A stretch of 51,860 nt of DNA from Geosiphon pyriformis uo1 (lineage: Eukaryota > Fungi > Glomeromycota): assembly GCA_016748015.1 (NCBI GenBank), contig JAAOMT010000183.1, positions 871,840-923,699 on the forward strand, written 5' to 3'. A program made the position numbers and the translations under genes. The stretch's first letter is position 1; the number at the start of each line of letters is the position of its first letter. Positions 29,311 to 40,250 of the stretch are shown piece by piece. The notes beneath the pieces were generated by a model, which was given only the letters and a program-made list of their open reading frames with translations, had not been told where the DNA came from and did no database searches.

Positions 29311-29752
29311 TGTTACAGATAATTATTTAGAATGTTAAAACAAATAACAAACCTATAACTTAGTGTTTAATAGTTGGTAATATTGATAATTTCTGAAGGT
29401 TTTGAAGTCTGAAGATTTTGGTTAAGTTTTTTATATAATGAACAAAGATTTAATTAATGGTTTTTTCTGTGAATTTTTTTTTAAGTGTGATGACCAGTTT
29501 ATTTTGACAGTTATGCTCTTCTGGTAAGCTATTTTTTAAGTTTTTTATTCTTATTTCCAAGTTTTTTATCAGGCTATCTTTGATGTCAAATACTTAATAC
29601 TTAATCTCTTTAATTAATTAGTAAATAACAAAAAAATAAAATAAAAAAAATAAAAAAAAATAAAAAAAGAAAAGAAAAAATTAATATTCTATCAATAGCT
29701 GTAATCAAAAATTATTGGTCTAATATAGTTAAATATTAGATTTTATTAATAT
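29311..29752 (-). repeat. Partial A-family LTR (U5/R portion), minus orientation
   Basis: Begins tgttacagataatt. Contains gctcttctggtaagct and tcaatagctgtaatcaa as in 21216-21700. Confidence 0.7.
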
Positions 29753-30068
29753 TATTACTTATAGAAAAATACAAAAAAAAAAGCTAAAAAAACAGATAGA
29801 TTAATAGAAAAATAGTACTCAACATATGAACACAATATTAAAAAACTATGAAATATTGTTTAACAATGTGCATATTATTAATAAATTATGGCATATTGCT
29901 TAGCAATATAAGCAATGTCAGTAAATTAAAGCATACTGTTTAGCAATATAAGCAATATTAGTAAATTAAGACATACTGCTTAGCAATGTGAGCAATGTTA
30001 GTAAATTAAAACATATTGCTCAAAAAAATATGAAATCTTATAAAACAAGAAATATGTATATATAGTGA
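29753..30068 (+). repeat. Partial A-family LTR (U3 with GCACATTGCTCAGCAAT-type repeats), truncated just after its TATA box by element A
   Basis: Degenerate start tattacttatag. Repeats gcatattgcttagcaatataagcaat. Ends tatgtatatatagtga. Confidence 0.65.
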
Positions 30069-30967
30069 TGTTACTCATAAAAAAAAACAGATATAGAAAA
30101 AATAGTAGACCAATAAGTGAATAGTATTTAGCACATGAGCACATTGCTCAGCAATATAGAGCAATGACAGAAATTATGGCACATTGCTCAGCAATGTGGA
30201 GCAATGTCAGAAAGCACAGCATATTGCTCAGCAATGTGGAGCAATATTAGAAAATTAGGGCACATTGTTCAAGAAATCATAGCACATTACTCGGAAATAT
30301 AAGTGATCTTGTAGAACATTAATTATGTATATATAGTGGTAATATTAGAAATAGAAAAAAGCAGAATTCTTTAATTAAAAGATCTTTAAACTTAGATTTC
30401 ATCTAAGCAATCTTCCAATACACAAATATTAATAAATAATTATTCTTTATCTCAAATCTACTATTCACTATCAACACTTTATGTTGATAGTAATTGATAC
30501 TTAACCATACTGGAATAATAGCTCTTGATCATGGCTATTGATGAGATACTAATTTGCAATTGCTTTTACTCATTTTTTTATTTTCTTTTATTTTCTTTTA
30601 TTTTCTTTTGTTATTTCTTTGGTTTTACTGAAATTAATTAAGGATTAAGTGCTAAAATACAGACATCATAGGGACTGGTAAAAGACCCATGAAACAAAGA
30701 TAGAACATTCATATATTTGAGAATAGCTTACCAGAAGGATTACTGGCCATTACACTGAGAAAGAAATTTGACAAAACTGCAGTTTCAAAAAGCTATGGAT
30801 AAAACCATCAATTAAAATTTCTGTCCATTATACAAAGAACTCTGCAACAAAATCTTCAGATAATAACAACATACCAATATTACCAACTCCATCCACCAGA
30901 TTAGTCTCTAAGCACAAAGTTATGGGTTTGTTATTTGATTTAAGACCCCAAATAATTACCTATAACA
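30069..30967 (+). repeat. 5' LTR of element A
   Basis: tgttactcat...acctataaca. TATA-like tatatatag ~30328, AATAAA 30431, T-rich tract ~30570-30620. Confidence 0.9.
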
Positions 30968-30969
30968 TT

Positions 30970-30987
30970 TGGTGCTCCCTGTAAGGT
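30970..30987 (+). promoter_or_regulatory. Primer-binding site TGGTGCTCCCTGTAAGGT (tRNA ending GAGCA-CCA, Ile- or Thr-like)
   Basis: Lies 2 nt after the LTR end. The same TGGTGC(T) start follows the 5' LTRs of B (degenerate), C (45117) and D. The tRNA identity is an inference. Confidence 0.8.
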
Positions 30988-31029
30988 ATAATCTTACAGA
31001 AAACCAGCACCATCAATAATCATCCAAAA

Positions 31030-32832
31030 GTGGCAGAATCAGAAATCATAAGAACAAACCATTTAGTATTCACCAAATTCTTGTTTCAACAGTACAGCCA
31101 ACAATTAGGATTAAACAATAACCATTTCCCAGCAGAATCAGCTTTCAACTTCTATGTTAACAATAAAATTACAGACTGCTTAAGAGAAACAGTTAACATT
31201 GAATCCACAAGAAAAAATTTCTACACAGAATTATTCTAACATACCAGCTTACCAAGAAATTACAGTTTTGTACCAATCATTAAGAAAATCAATTAAACCA
31301 TTGAAAGATACACACAACAACAATTCCCAATCACCTATGCAAACAAAAGAAAGGGAAGACTATAAACACCAATAGCAACACCAAAAGGGATCCAACCACC
31401 AATTTGGAAAAAAACTAGAGTTAAATTACCAACAAACCTATTATACCACTACACATCTGGAAGCATTATCAACATTACATCAACAGGTGCATCCACATTA
31501 CACATGACATTAACATTTGGACAACTTCTATTTCAAAGTAAACAAAAGAAAACAGAATTATTAGGAACCTATGGTAATTATTTTGAAGAATTTAAATCAT
31601 GATCACCAACACCATTAGGATTCTGATTACCGCCACCTCAATCAGATTTTGGAAACGTAAGTTCCTGAAAGATAATAGAATCAGAAGAGAAAGAAGAAAA
31701 AGAAGCTAAAGATCAGGAATTTACTTACCAGAATCTGATTACAGAAAATCCAGAAATAGAAACCCCAAATATTCAAATCCAGCAAACTCCGAATAATCTA
31801 AACCCCAAGTTAATTAATTAGGGAAACTTACTTTCAGTAATCATTATCAATTAGTCACCAATTGTACCAATACGGGAACCAATTCCACCACAGCCACTGC
31901 AGCAACCTACTCAACCACTGCTATAACAACCACAACAACTGATTCAACTGCCATAACAACAATCACAACAACCAATTCCACTGCCATAACAACAACTTCA
32001 ACAACCACCACAACCACAAATCATAGCACCAATGGCATATGCTCCTATTGCCAAACTTGAAAAATTCACTGGCAAAGAGGACAATACCCAAGTGTGGCTA
32101 AATGATGTGAAGAAAGCCATCACAGCCAATAAATGGGATGATGTCAAAGCCATGCAGGCCATTTCTTATTTTCTCCAAGATACCACCAATTCATGGTATC
32201 AAAGTTTGGTTAACAAACTCCAAGATTTCAATGCATTTAAGCTTGCATTTCTACAATACTTCAGCAATAATAATAGTATTAATCGGCTAGCAAACACTTT
32301 TATCACTATTAAACAAGAAGAAAATGAAGCAGTCACTACTTACCTAGAATGCTTCCATAGGAATCTGCGCCAAATACAAGCAATCCAAGCTGATTATTTT
32401 ACAGCACCACAAATCCTGAATCAGTTTATCAGAGACCTGTGCAGTAGCATCCTCCAATGTATATGTCCAATGCATCTAGTAAACCTTCAAGCCGCAGTTA
32501 CTAACACCAGAGATTTTGAAGCAGCCAAACTCAAAGCTAACCATGCTCAAGCCATAAATTTAGTAATGAATGGATCATCTGAATTGGATTCCAAATTGAA
32601 ACAGTTTAGTGATTCTATCAATCAGAAATTAGAGGGATACTTAGCTAACAATTATACAATTTATCAACCTCTACAACAATACAATATCCAAGGAAACACA
32701 AATCATTTTCAGAATCAGTCACGTCCATTTTCCTTGACTAATCAACAATGGCAGCAGGAAATACATGTTTGTCACTACTGTGATAAACAAGGACATTTAA
32801 AGATTAACTGTAGGTTAAGGATAGATAATTAA
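31030..32832 (+). pseudogene. Gag of element A: ~330-codon N-terminal extension + capsid-like domain + CCHC knuckle
   Basis: ORFs 31030 and 32032 are in the same frame, separated by stops. PIAKLEKFTG...WL, IKQEENEAVTTY and CHYCDKQGHLKINC. Confidence 0.85.
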
Positions 32833-33299
32833 CAATCGGGAAATCAATATCAAAACCCCAATCACTGGTTTCCAACTCTGAGTTACCAACCCAATCCAGC
32901 ACCATATTAACCAACTTACTTGCCAATAACACAACAGCCAATATATTAACCATCCGTATATCAACCTCCAATCTATCAACTGCAGCCACTGGTAATATAT
33001 TAATCACTACAGCCACAAATTATTTATCAGACATCCATAGTTCAAACACCACCATCAAACCCAGCTCAGATGACATTAGGCAACCTCAGATCAAGAGTCA
33101 CCCAAAACTGGAGATCAGCAATAGTTGTTCATCAACTGATTTTCAGTTCATCCAACCAGCTGTCAGAATCATAACAGTGGAGTTCAAAAACTGAGTATAC
33201 TCAAAACCCAAGTTTCTAGAACTATTTAAGTCTTCTGGTTACCCCAGAAAATGCCCAACCCAATAATCCGGAAACCAACCAACAATCAACACTTACCAG

Positions 33300-33800
33300 C
33301 AATATCCTACCAGTAACCATCTCCAATGACAAATCTTTAGTGGCTATTTTTCCCTTTGAATTTGAAGAAACCACACATGTTCTATTATTCAGTAGAGCCA
33401 CTCTTGATACCAAACCAATCACCACCATGTACATTAATGTAAAAGTTGATGGTCATGCCATTAAACTGATACTAGACAGCAGATCAGCTGGCAGCATTAT
33501 TACATGACAACTCATAAACCAATTAGGTCACCAAGTTGATTGTGCTGTTAGTGCTTGCATAATCACTGCTGATAGGACAACCAAAACCCCTATTGGTAAA
33601 ATTAATGACTTCCCTTTTGAAGTCAATGCTATCATCATTCCTATCAAAGTCTTAGTAATGGAAGCAACTTAATATCAGACATTAGTAGAAAATAATTGGT
33701 TATCTAAAACCAATGCCATACTAGACTGGACAACACAGGAGCTCCAACTTAGCCAAAATGGTTAACACATATGTGTACCAACCATGTGTGGCCACTTCAA
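33300..33800 (+). pseudogene. Aspartic protease of element A
   Basis: KLILDSRSAGSIIT (degenerate DSG). The homologues in B (ILNSGSAGS) and C (ILDSGSTGS) match. Confidence 0.85.
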
Positions 33801-34989
33801 GCCGACTAATATACCAACACTATTCATCAAGTTTGAGGAAGAAGAGAAAAAACCTACCTGGAAAGCATACCAAGTTTCCTGGACCAATACAGAACACAAC
33901 GAGCTGCCACCAGTACCTTTATGGAACAACAACAACAGAAAAGAAAAGAAAAAAGAAGAACTTATTTGGAATTCCAATCAAGTCTGAGGAACTAATGACA
34001 ACCAGAAAGAGCTAATAGATTGGGAATGAGAAGGAAAGACAAAAGAAAAAAGAAAGGGAAAGGAAGAAAGATCAATATTCAACAGCACCCTTTATAATTT
34101 CTATACTACACCCCAACAATCCACTTATTGCCACCCAAAACTGATATGCATTGATTGCGGCAAGAAATTGTTGTCAATGGGTGCATGCTGTGGCATCAAT
34201 AAGGAATACCAAATAGCAACCAAGTTCTACTGTTGCTTATGCATCATAAAACATTTTGGACAACCAAAATGAGTAGAAAAATGAGATAATGAACCCTGCT
34301 TGGCTTGTAGAGAAACTCTTTTTGACGAAAGAATATGGAACAACATTCCTGGACAAGGAAGAACATGCAACGAATTGTATCAGTACACGATTCTCATAAG
34401 TGACTGGATAAGAAAGGGAATGCCCATAGACACTACCTAGAGACAAGCAGTCAAATGCCTAGATGGATGTTCATATAACGATAACAAAATCTGGTGAATG
34501 GCACTCACCAAAATTGAAGAAATGACACCAGAGGAAATAAAAACAACTAAAAATAACCCACCTGAACCTATAAAACTTGACTGGGACCCAGAGCCAGTCA
34601 TAAATTTTTTGGACCCAGAACAATTCCACAAACACTACCAAGAGTTAGCACTCACAAGAAAAGAGCAGGAGCAATGCTTAGAAGAAATCAACACTTAACT
34701 ATGTGACCACTGTTTGATTCCATATGACTTTTAATATTGTAGTGAGTGTGACCTCATTTAAAATCCACCACCATGTATGATTTACACAATCCCAGAAGAA
34801 GAACCAATCAGCAGCTGTGCATCAGAATTGGAATCAGTTTTTAATCCCAATTCAAACTCCAACAATGATGATAACAAAAACACTGGTTCTAGCTCCACTC
34901 AATATGGCAATGAAGATATCAATGATTCAGACTCCAATTCAAACCCCAAAATATACATTGTGCTTTCTGATCTCTCTAAGGAGCAGGAA

Positions 34990-35420
34990 CTCAAGTGGTA
35001 TAGTGACAATAATGAAGATATCATGCCAGAATGTGTGCATGATACCAATGCAGGGTTTAATCTGAAATATCCAGAAAAAGAAGCCATTAAATTGAAACCA
35101 AATTCGTGCACATGTATTGATCTCAAAATAGCTCTGGAAATTCCAGCAACAACTATGATTCAATTAGCATCTAGGAGTAGTTTAGCAAAAAAAGGAATCA
35201 ACATCAGGGAAGGAATAATTGATGCAGAATACATAGGAAATATTATCACCATGTTACAAAATGACTCAGAAAAGGCCTATATTATAGAGCCAAATGAAAA
35301 GATAGCACAGACAATATTTTTACCTCTGGTAAAAATAGCTCAATTAGTTTCAGTGAGAAAGAGAGAAGAACTAAGTATAACAGTTAAAAAGATACAGGGA
35401 TTTGGATCAATGGGTAGAAT
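34990..35420 (+). pseudogene. dUTPase domain of element A pol
   Basis: All five trimeric dUTPase motifs in order: AGFNL, SRSSLA, GIIDAEYIG, EKIAQ, QGFGSMG. Confidence 0.93.
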
Positions 35421-35879
35421 AGATGTACCAGTCAATATGACAGAGAAAAAAATTGTTGACAAAGGAGAAATTATCTCAATCCATCAATCAATTTCTATTT
35501 TACCATATGACCAATATATATTAGCCATAAAAAAAGAAGTAAAGGATCAAGCTCAATTGTTTGAAGCAAAAATCACCATTTGTAAATCAGAAGAAATTAA
35601 ACTCACTAATCTGTACATATCAGCCAAAAGTCCCAAAAACATCAAAATCTCTATCTACAACACAACGGAAAATGTCATTGAAATACCAAAAAAAACTATC
35701 ATTGGATATTTAACCACCAACATTGAAGATCAACCACTGAACCACATTCCAGATTTTCCACAACTTTGTGGATATGTAGACATTACATCACAAACCATCT
35801 ATGGACAAAGTAAATGTTATCTGTTCCAACCAGAACAATTGGAACAGATAATCATGAGGAATCTAGACCCACTTCAACA

Positions 35880-37245
35880 GATGCAACTCAAGATGTTACT
35901 CAACAATTTCAATAATATTTTTGCTAGTGAAAACAAATTTGGCCAAACCAACATTATCCAGCATTAGATCAAAACTGGAGATGCAATGCCAATTAAACAA
36001 AAAACATACAGAGTACCACCAGCTAGCCATGAGATCATTTGTCAAAAAATCAATTAAATGCTTAACAATAGGCTAATTTAGCCATCAATGAGTTTATGGT
36101 CATCACCAGTAGTACTAATCTGAAAGAAGAATGGAAAGATCCATTTTTGTGTAGATTATTGAAAGTTAAATGGAGTAATTAAAAGTAATAGCTATCCAAC
36201 TCCAAAAATCCAAAAACTATTTGACGCTTTTGGAGAAAATAAATGGTTTTCAATATTAGATTTAAATAGTAGTTACTAACAAGTAGCCATGGATCCAGCC
36301 GACAAAGAAAAAACAGCATTTACCACAAGAAAAAGAAATTTTGAGTTTGAAGTCATGCCATTTGGCTTGATAAATGCTCTGACAACATTCCAATGGCTCA
36401 TGAAAATTGTCTATACTGGATTACTATGGAAATCAGTAGTTGTATACTTAGATGACACCAATGTGTTCTCAAAAACATTTGATGATCATTTGCATCATCT
36501 CCAACAAGTATTTAAAAAGTTAAGAAGAGCTGGATTGAAACTAAATGCAACTAAATGTTTCTTTGGAAAAACTGAACTCAAGTTTTTGGGACATGTGATG
36601 AGCAAAGATGGAATCAAAACAGATCCAGACAAGATTGAAGTAGTTAAAAACTTTTCAGTACCAACCAACTTGTCAGAACTAAGGGCATTTTTGGAATTTG
36701 CAGACTATTATTGCCATATCATCAAGAATTTTTCTAAATTAGCCCAGCCACTTCACTATCTACAAACCAAAAATGTGAAGTATAAATAGACCAAAGCTCA
36801 ACAAGAAGTATTTGACACATTAAGAAGAAAGCTTATCCAAGCTTCAGTATTAATGTATTCAGATCACAGCAAACCATTCATAATCACTACTAATGCATTA
36901 GGCCAAGCATTAGGAGCCGTACTATCACAAAAAAAACCAAATGGAAGAGAACATCCAGTAGCTTATGGTAGTAAAAGCTTAAGCCCAGCTAAAAAAAATT
37001 ATAAAACTTCAGCATTAGAGCACTTAGCTATCTATTGGTCTGTCACCAAATAGAAAGAATACTTGAACCAAAAGTTTAATGTTTATACAGACCACAAAGG
37101 ATTGACTTCAATCCAGAAACAAAAATTTGGAAACAATTATCATGTGAGATAGAAAATAGTACTATTATCATATACATTTACAGTACACTATAAAAAGAGA
37201 AAAGACAATGGAAATGCTAATGGATTGTCATGAATAAGACAAATC
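35880..37245 (+). pseudogene. Reverse transcriptase + RNase H of element A
   Basis: WSSPVVL, FCVDY, KTAFTT, MPFGLINA, VYLDD, FLGH, TTNAL(DAS), HPVAYGS, YTDHK and NANGLS. Single frame with stops. Confidence 0.93.
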
Positions 37246-37278
37246 TAAAAACATTTCAACCCAAAAATATAACAAAAG

Positions 37279-38530
37279 ATGAATATACAAAAATACCAAC
37301 AACTTCAACATTATATAAATACCCAATTATTCAAGAAAAAATTATCTCAAAAAGAACAAAACAACATAAAACAGCAATCAAAATATTTCATCAATCATCA
37401 AAATATACTTTACCAGAAAAACAGAAGAAACCCAGACCAACCAACCAGAGTAATTACAGAATCAGAAAAAGAAACAATATTGTTCAACATGCACTCAGAC
37501 CCAACAGCAGGACATTTTCATAAAGAAGCAACTATAGAAAGAACCAGAAAGAGATACTATTGGCCATTAATGTATCCAGACATCATTCAATATGTCCAAA
37601 ATTGTGATGCTTGCCAAAAAAGAGGAGGAGCGAGACCAAATGAACCCATTAAGACCAATCAAAGTGGGACAACCATTTGATCAAATTGGAATTAATCTAG
37701 TCAGACCATTAACACTCACCAGCAGAGGCAATAGATATATTGCAGTAGTCATGGACTATCTTAAAAAATAGCCAGAAGCAAAAGCCATTTAAAGAGCAGA
37801 TGCAGAATTTGTTGCCAAATTTGTTCATCAAGATTTGATCTGTTAATATAAATGTTCAAAAGAACTACTATCAGATCAAGGAACTCACTTTGTGAATAGA
37901 ACATTAGCAGAATTAAGTCAAAGATTTGGAATCAAAAGACCATTATCATCACCATACTATCCACAAACAAATGGTTTAGTTGAAAGATTCAATAGAACAT
38001 TGTGTAAAACAATAGCCAAAATCAGCCAAGAAAACCAGGACGAATGAGATTTAATCATATCATCAGTATTATTTCCTTATCAGACAATAAAGCAAAACAC
38101 TACACAAGCAACACTATTTGAATTAGTATATGATAGAACAGCAACATTATCAGTGGAAATAGAAGTCAAAACATATCCAACAGAACCAATAACAGAAGAA
38201 AATTTCCAAAGAACATTGTTAAAAAAAACATATAACTTAATGGAGACACTAAAAAACACACAGCAAAGAGCAGCTAATAGCATCCAAAAGTCACAAGAAA
38301 AACAAAAAAAAAGACATAATAACCAATTACCAAAGAAACCAGTTGAATTCAAGATTGGAGACAAAGTACTTTTACATCGTACTAAAGTGGAAAAACAATA
38401 GAGTAGAAAATTTGATCCCAAATGGGACAGACCATTTTACATAGAAAAAATTCTAGAAAATGGAGCTTATAAATTAAGGTTGAACAACAAAATCTTAACC
38501 AAAGCAGCACATGGTGATTGACTAAAACAA
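37279..38530 (+). pseudogene. Integrase of element A (HHCC, DDE core, GPY/F-like C-terminus; no chromodomain seen)
   Basis: H-SDPTAGH...RYYWP...CDACQ, SDQGTHF, PQTNGLVERFNRTL and FKIGDKVLL...KWDRPF. A +1 frameshift near 37647. Confidence 0.92.
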
Positions 38531-38717
38531 ATATTATTATACAGCATTATCACTTATCAGTAATATTTTACAATTAAGAGTACAGAAGATACTAGTTCAA
38601 CCAGATGAGATTCTATGAGATCTGGAACCAATCATAATCATTGGACCAAACACATAAAATTGAACAATAAAAAGAGTATATAAAGACATGATAAACATGA
38701 CAAAAAACTTCAGAAAA

Positions 38718-39350
38718 ATGGAAATTACTGACAATATCCACTCACTAGCACAACAACTCTTCCAATTAATTCAATAACAGAATATAGAAATTACTATTAA
38801 TCAATAAACCATTCAATACCAAAATACCAGAAAAATACCCAAATACAAAATTCAAAGAAAAATAGAAAACACTATTGACAAAATGATTCTGAAAATAAAA
38901 TTAGCAATAAAAAAACCAACAAATGTCACCACATATCAAGAGTTGACCAAAGAAACTTGGAAATAGTGGATACACAAATTTTCAAGAAACTTTTGTTATT
39001 TTCACTTGAGAAGACACTTGAATATTCAGAACTTATACACAAATAAGACAAAACAATTATTTGACACAACAATACTGCAACAACTGGAACAATTTGTGGA
39101 AAAGAATAATCTAACAACACAAGCAAGAGCTATTTATCAATTGTATGCTAGATTCCAAGACAAATTAGAAATTTTACTTAATTTGGAAATAAACTTCATT
39201 ACAGTTAACCAAATAAGAAAAATAACTAACATCCAATTTAAAGAATTACAGAACAAAATAACTCAAATAATTCTCAAAAAAAAAGTTCAAGAAATACTCA
39301 AAAACAGAGAATTAGAGTTAGAAGATTTGGAAAATTTTGATGGAGCTTAA
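38718..39350 (+). pseudogene. Accessory ORF3 (~210 codons) between integrase and the PPT, unknown function
   Basis: ATG at 38718 is in frame with ORF 39006-39350, with three internal stops. A homologous reading frame is present in element C. Confidence 0.7.
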
Positions 39351-39368
39351 TATTAAAGAAGAAAATAA

Positions 39369-40250
39369 TGTTACTCATAAAATATAGGAAGCATATATTA
39401 GCATAAATTAGCCAATCAAAAATAACTGTAGTAAATGTGGAATTCCAAGATTTTTCTCAAAAAGAATTGCAGGATTCCAGGAATTTCAGGATTCTTATAC
39501 AAGAAATCGCAAAATTCCAGAATTCTATGATTCCTCTCAAGAAAAATTGCAGGATTCCTGAAATTCCAGGATTTCTGATAAAAGGAATTGAAGAATCAAA
39601 GAATCTTAATTATGTATATATAGCAGTAGTATTAGAAAGAGAAAAGACAGAATCCATTAGTTAGAGACCTTCCAGTTTAGATCTAATCTAAGCAACCTTC
39701 CGTTTACAAATATTAATAAATAATTATTCACTATCTCAATCCATTCTCCATTATCAACACTTTATGTTGATAGTAATTGATACTTAACTACACTGGAACA
39801 ATAGCTCTTGATCATGACTATTGACAAAATACTAACTTGTAATTGTTTTTGTTTATGCTTTATTTTTTTTTATTTTTTTTTATTTCTTTTGTGCTTCTTT
39901 TGGTTAACTAATTGGTTAAAAATTAAAGCACTGAGTTATAGATGTCATAGAGACTGGTAAAAGACCTGTGAAACAAGAGTAAAACACTCATAGATTTGAG
40001 AATAGCTTACCAGAAAGATTACTAGCCATTATGCTGACAAAGAAATTTAATGGAATTGTAATTCTGGAAGGCTACTGAAAACAACTATTAAATCTCTGTT
40101 TATTATACAAAGAACTCAACACCAAAATCTTCAAAACAACCAAAACCTTCAGAACAACTAAACCTTCAGATATCAACAAGAATATATTAATTGAGCACCA
40201 AGTTATAGATTTGTTATTTGCTTTGAGACCCCAAATAATTACCTGTAACA
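39369..40250 (+). repeat. 3' LTR of element A, preceded by a degenerate PPT (aaagaagaaaa)
   Basis: tgttactcat...acctgtaaca. U3 is made of GGAATTCCAGGATTCC-type repeats. Confidence 0.9.

Larger units (their letters stand above)
30069..40250 (+). mobile_element. Element A: full-length but inactivated dUTPase-bearing Ty3/Gypsy LTR retrotransposon with non-identical LTRs
   Basis: TG..CA LTRs at 30069-30967 and 39369-40250, PBS, domain order gag-PR-dUTPase-RT-RH-IN (Gypsy order), purine tract before the 3' LTR, and many premature stops. Confidence 0.95.

Noticed and set aside
30530-30640. Possible hammerhead ribozyme core in the A-family LTR (ttga(t/c)gag...gaaa)
   Set aside because: All copies have TTGA rather than CTGA, and I could not build stems I-III. 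An Infernal search would settle it.
34990-35420. dUTPase as a direct counter-defence to the C->T hypermutation
   Set aside because: dUTPase removes dUTP from the nucleotide pool and cannot reverse deamination of C or 5mC in integrated DNA. The dUTPase genes are themselves mutated.
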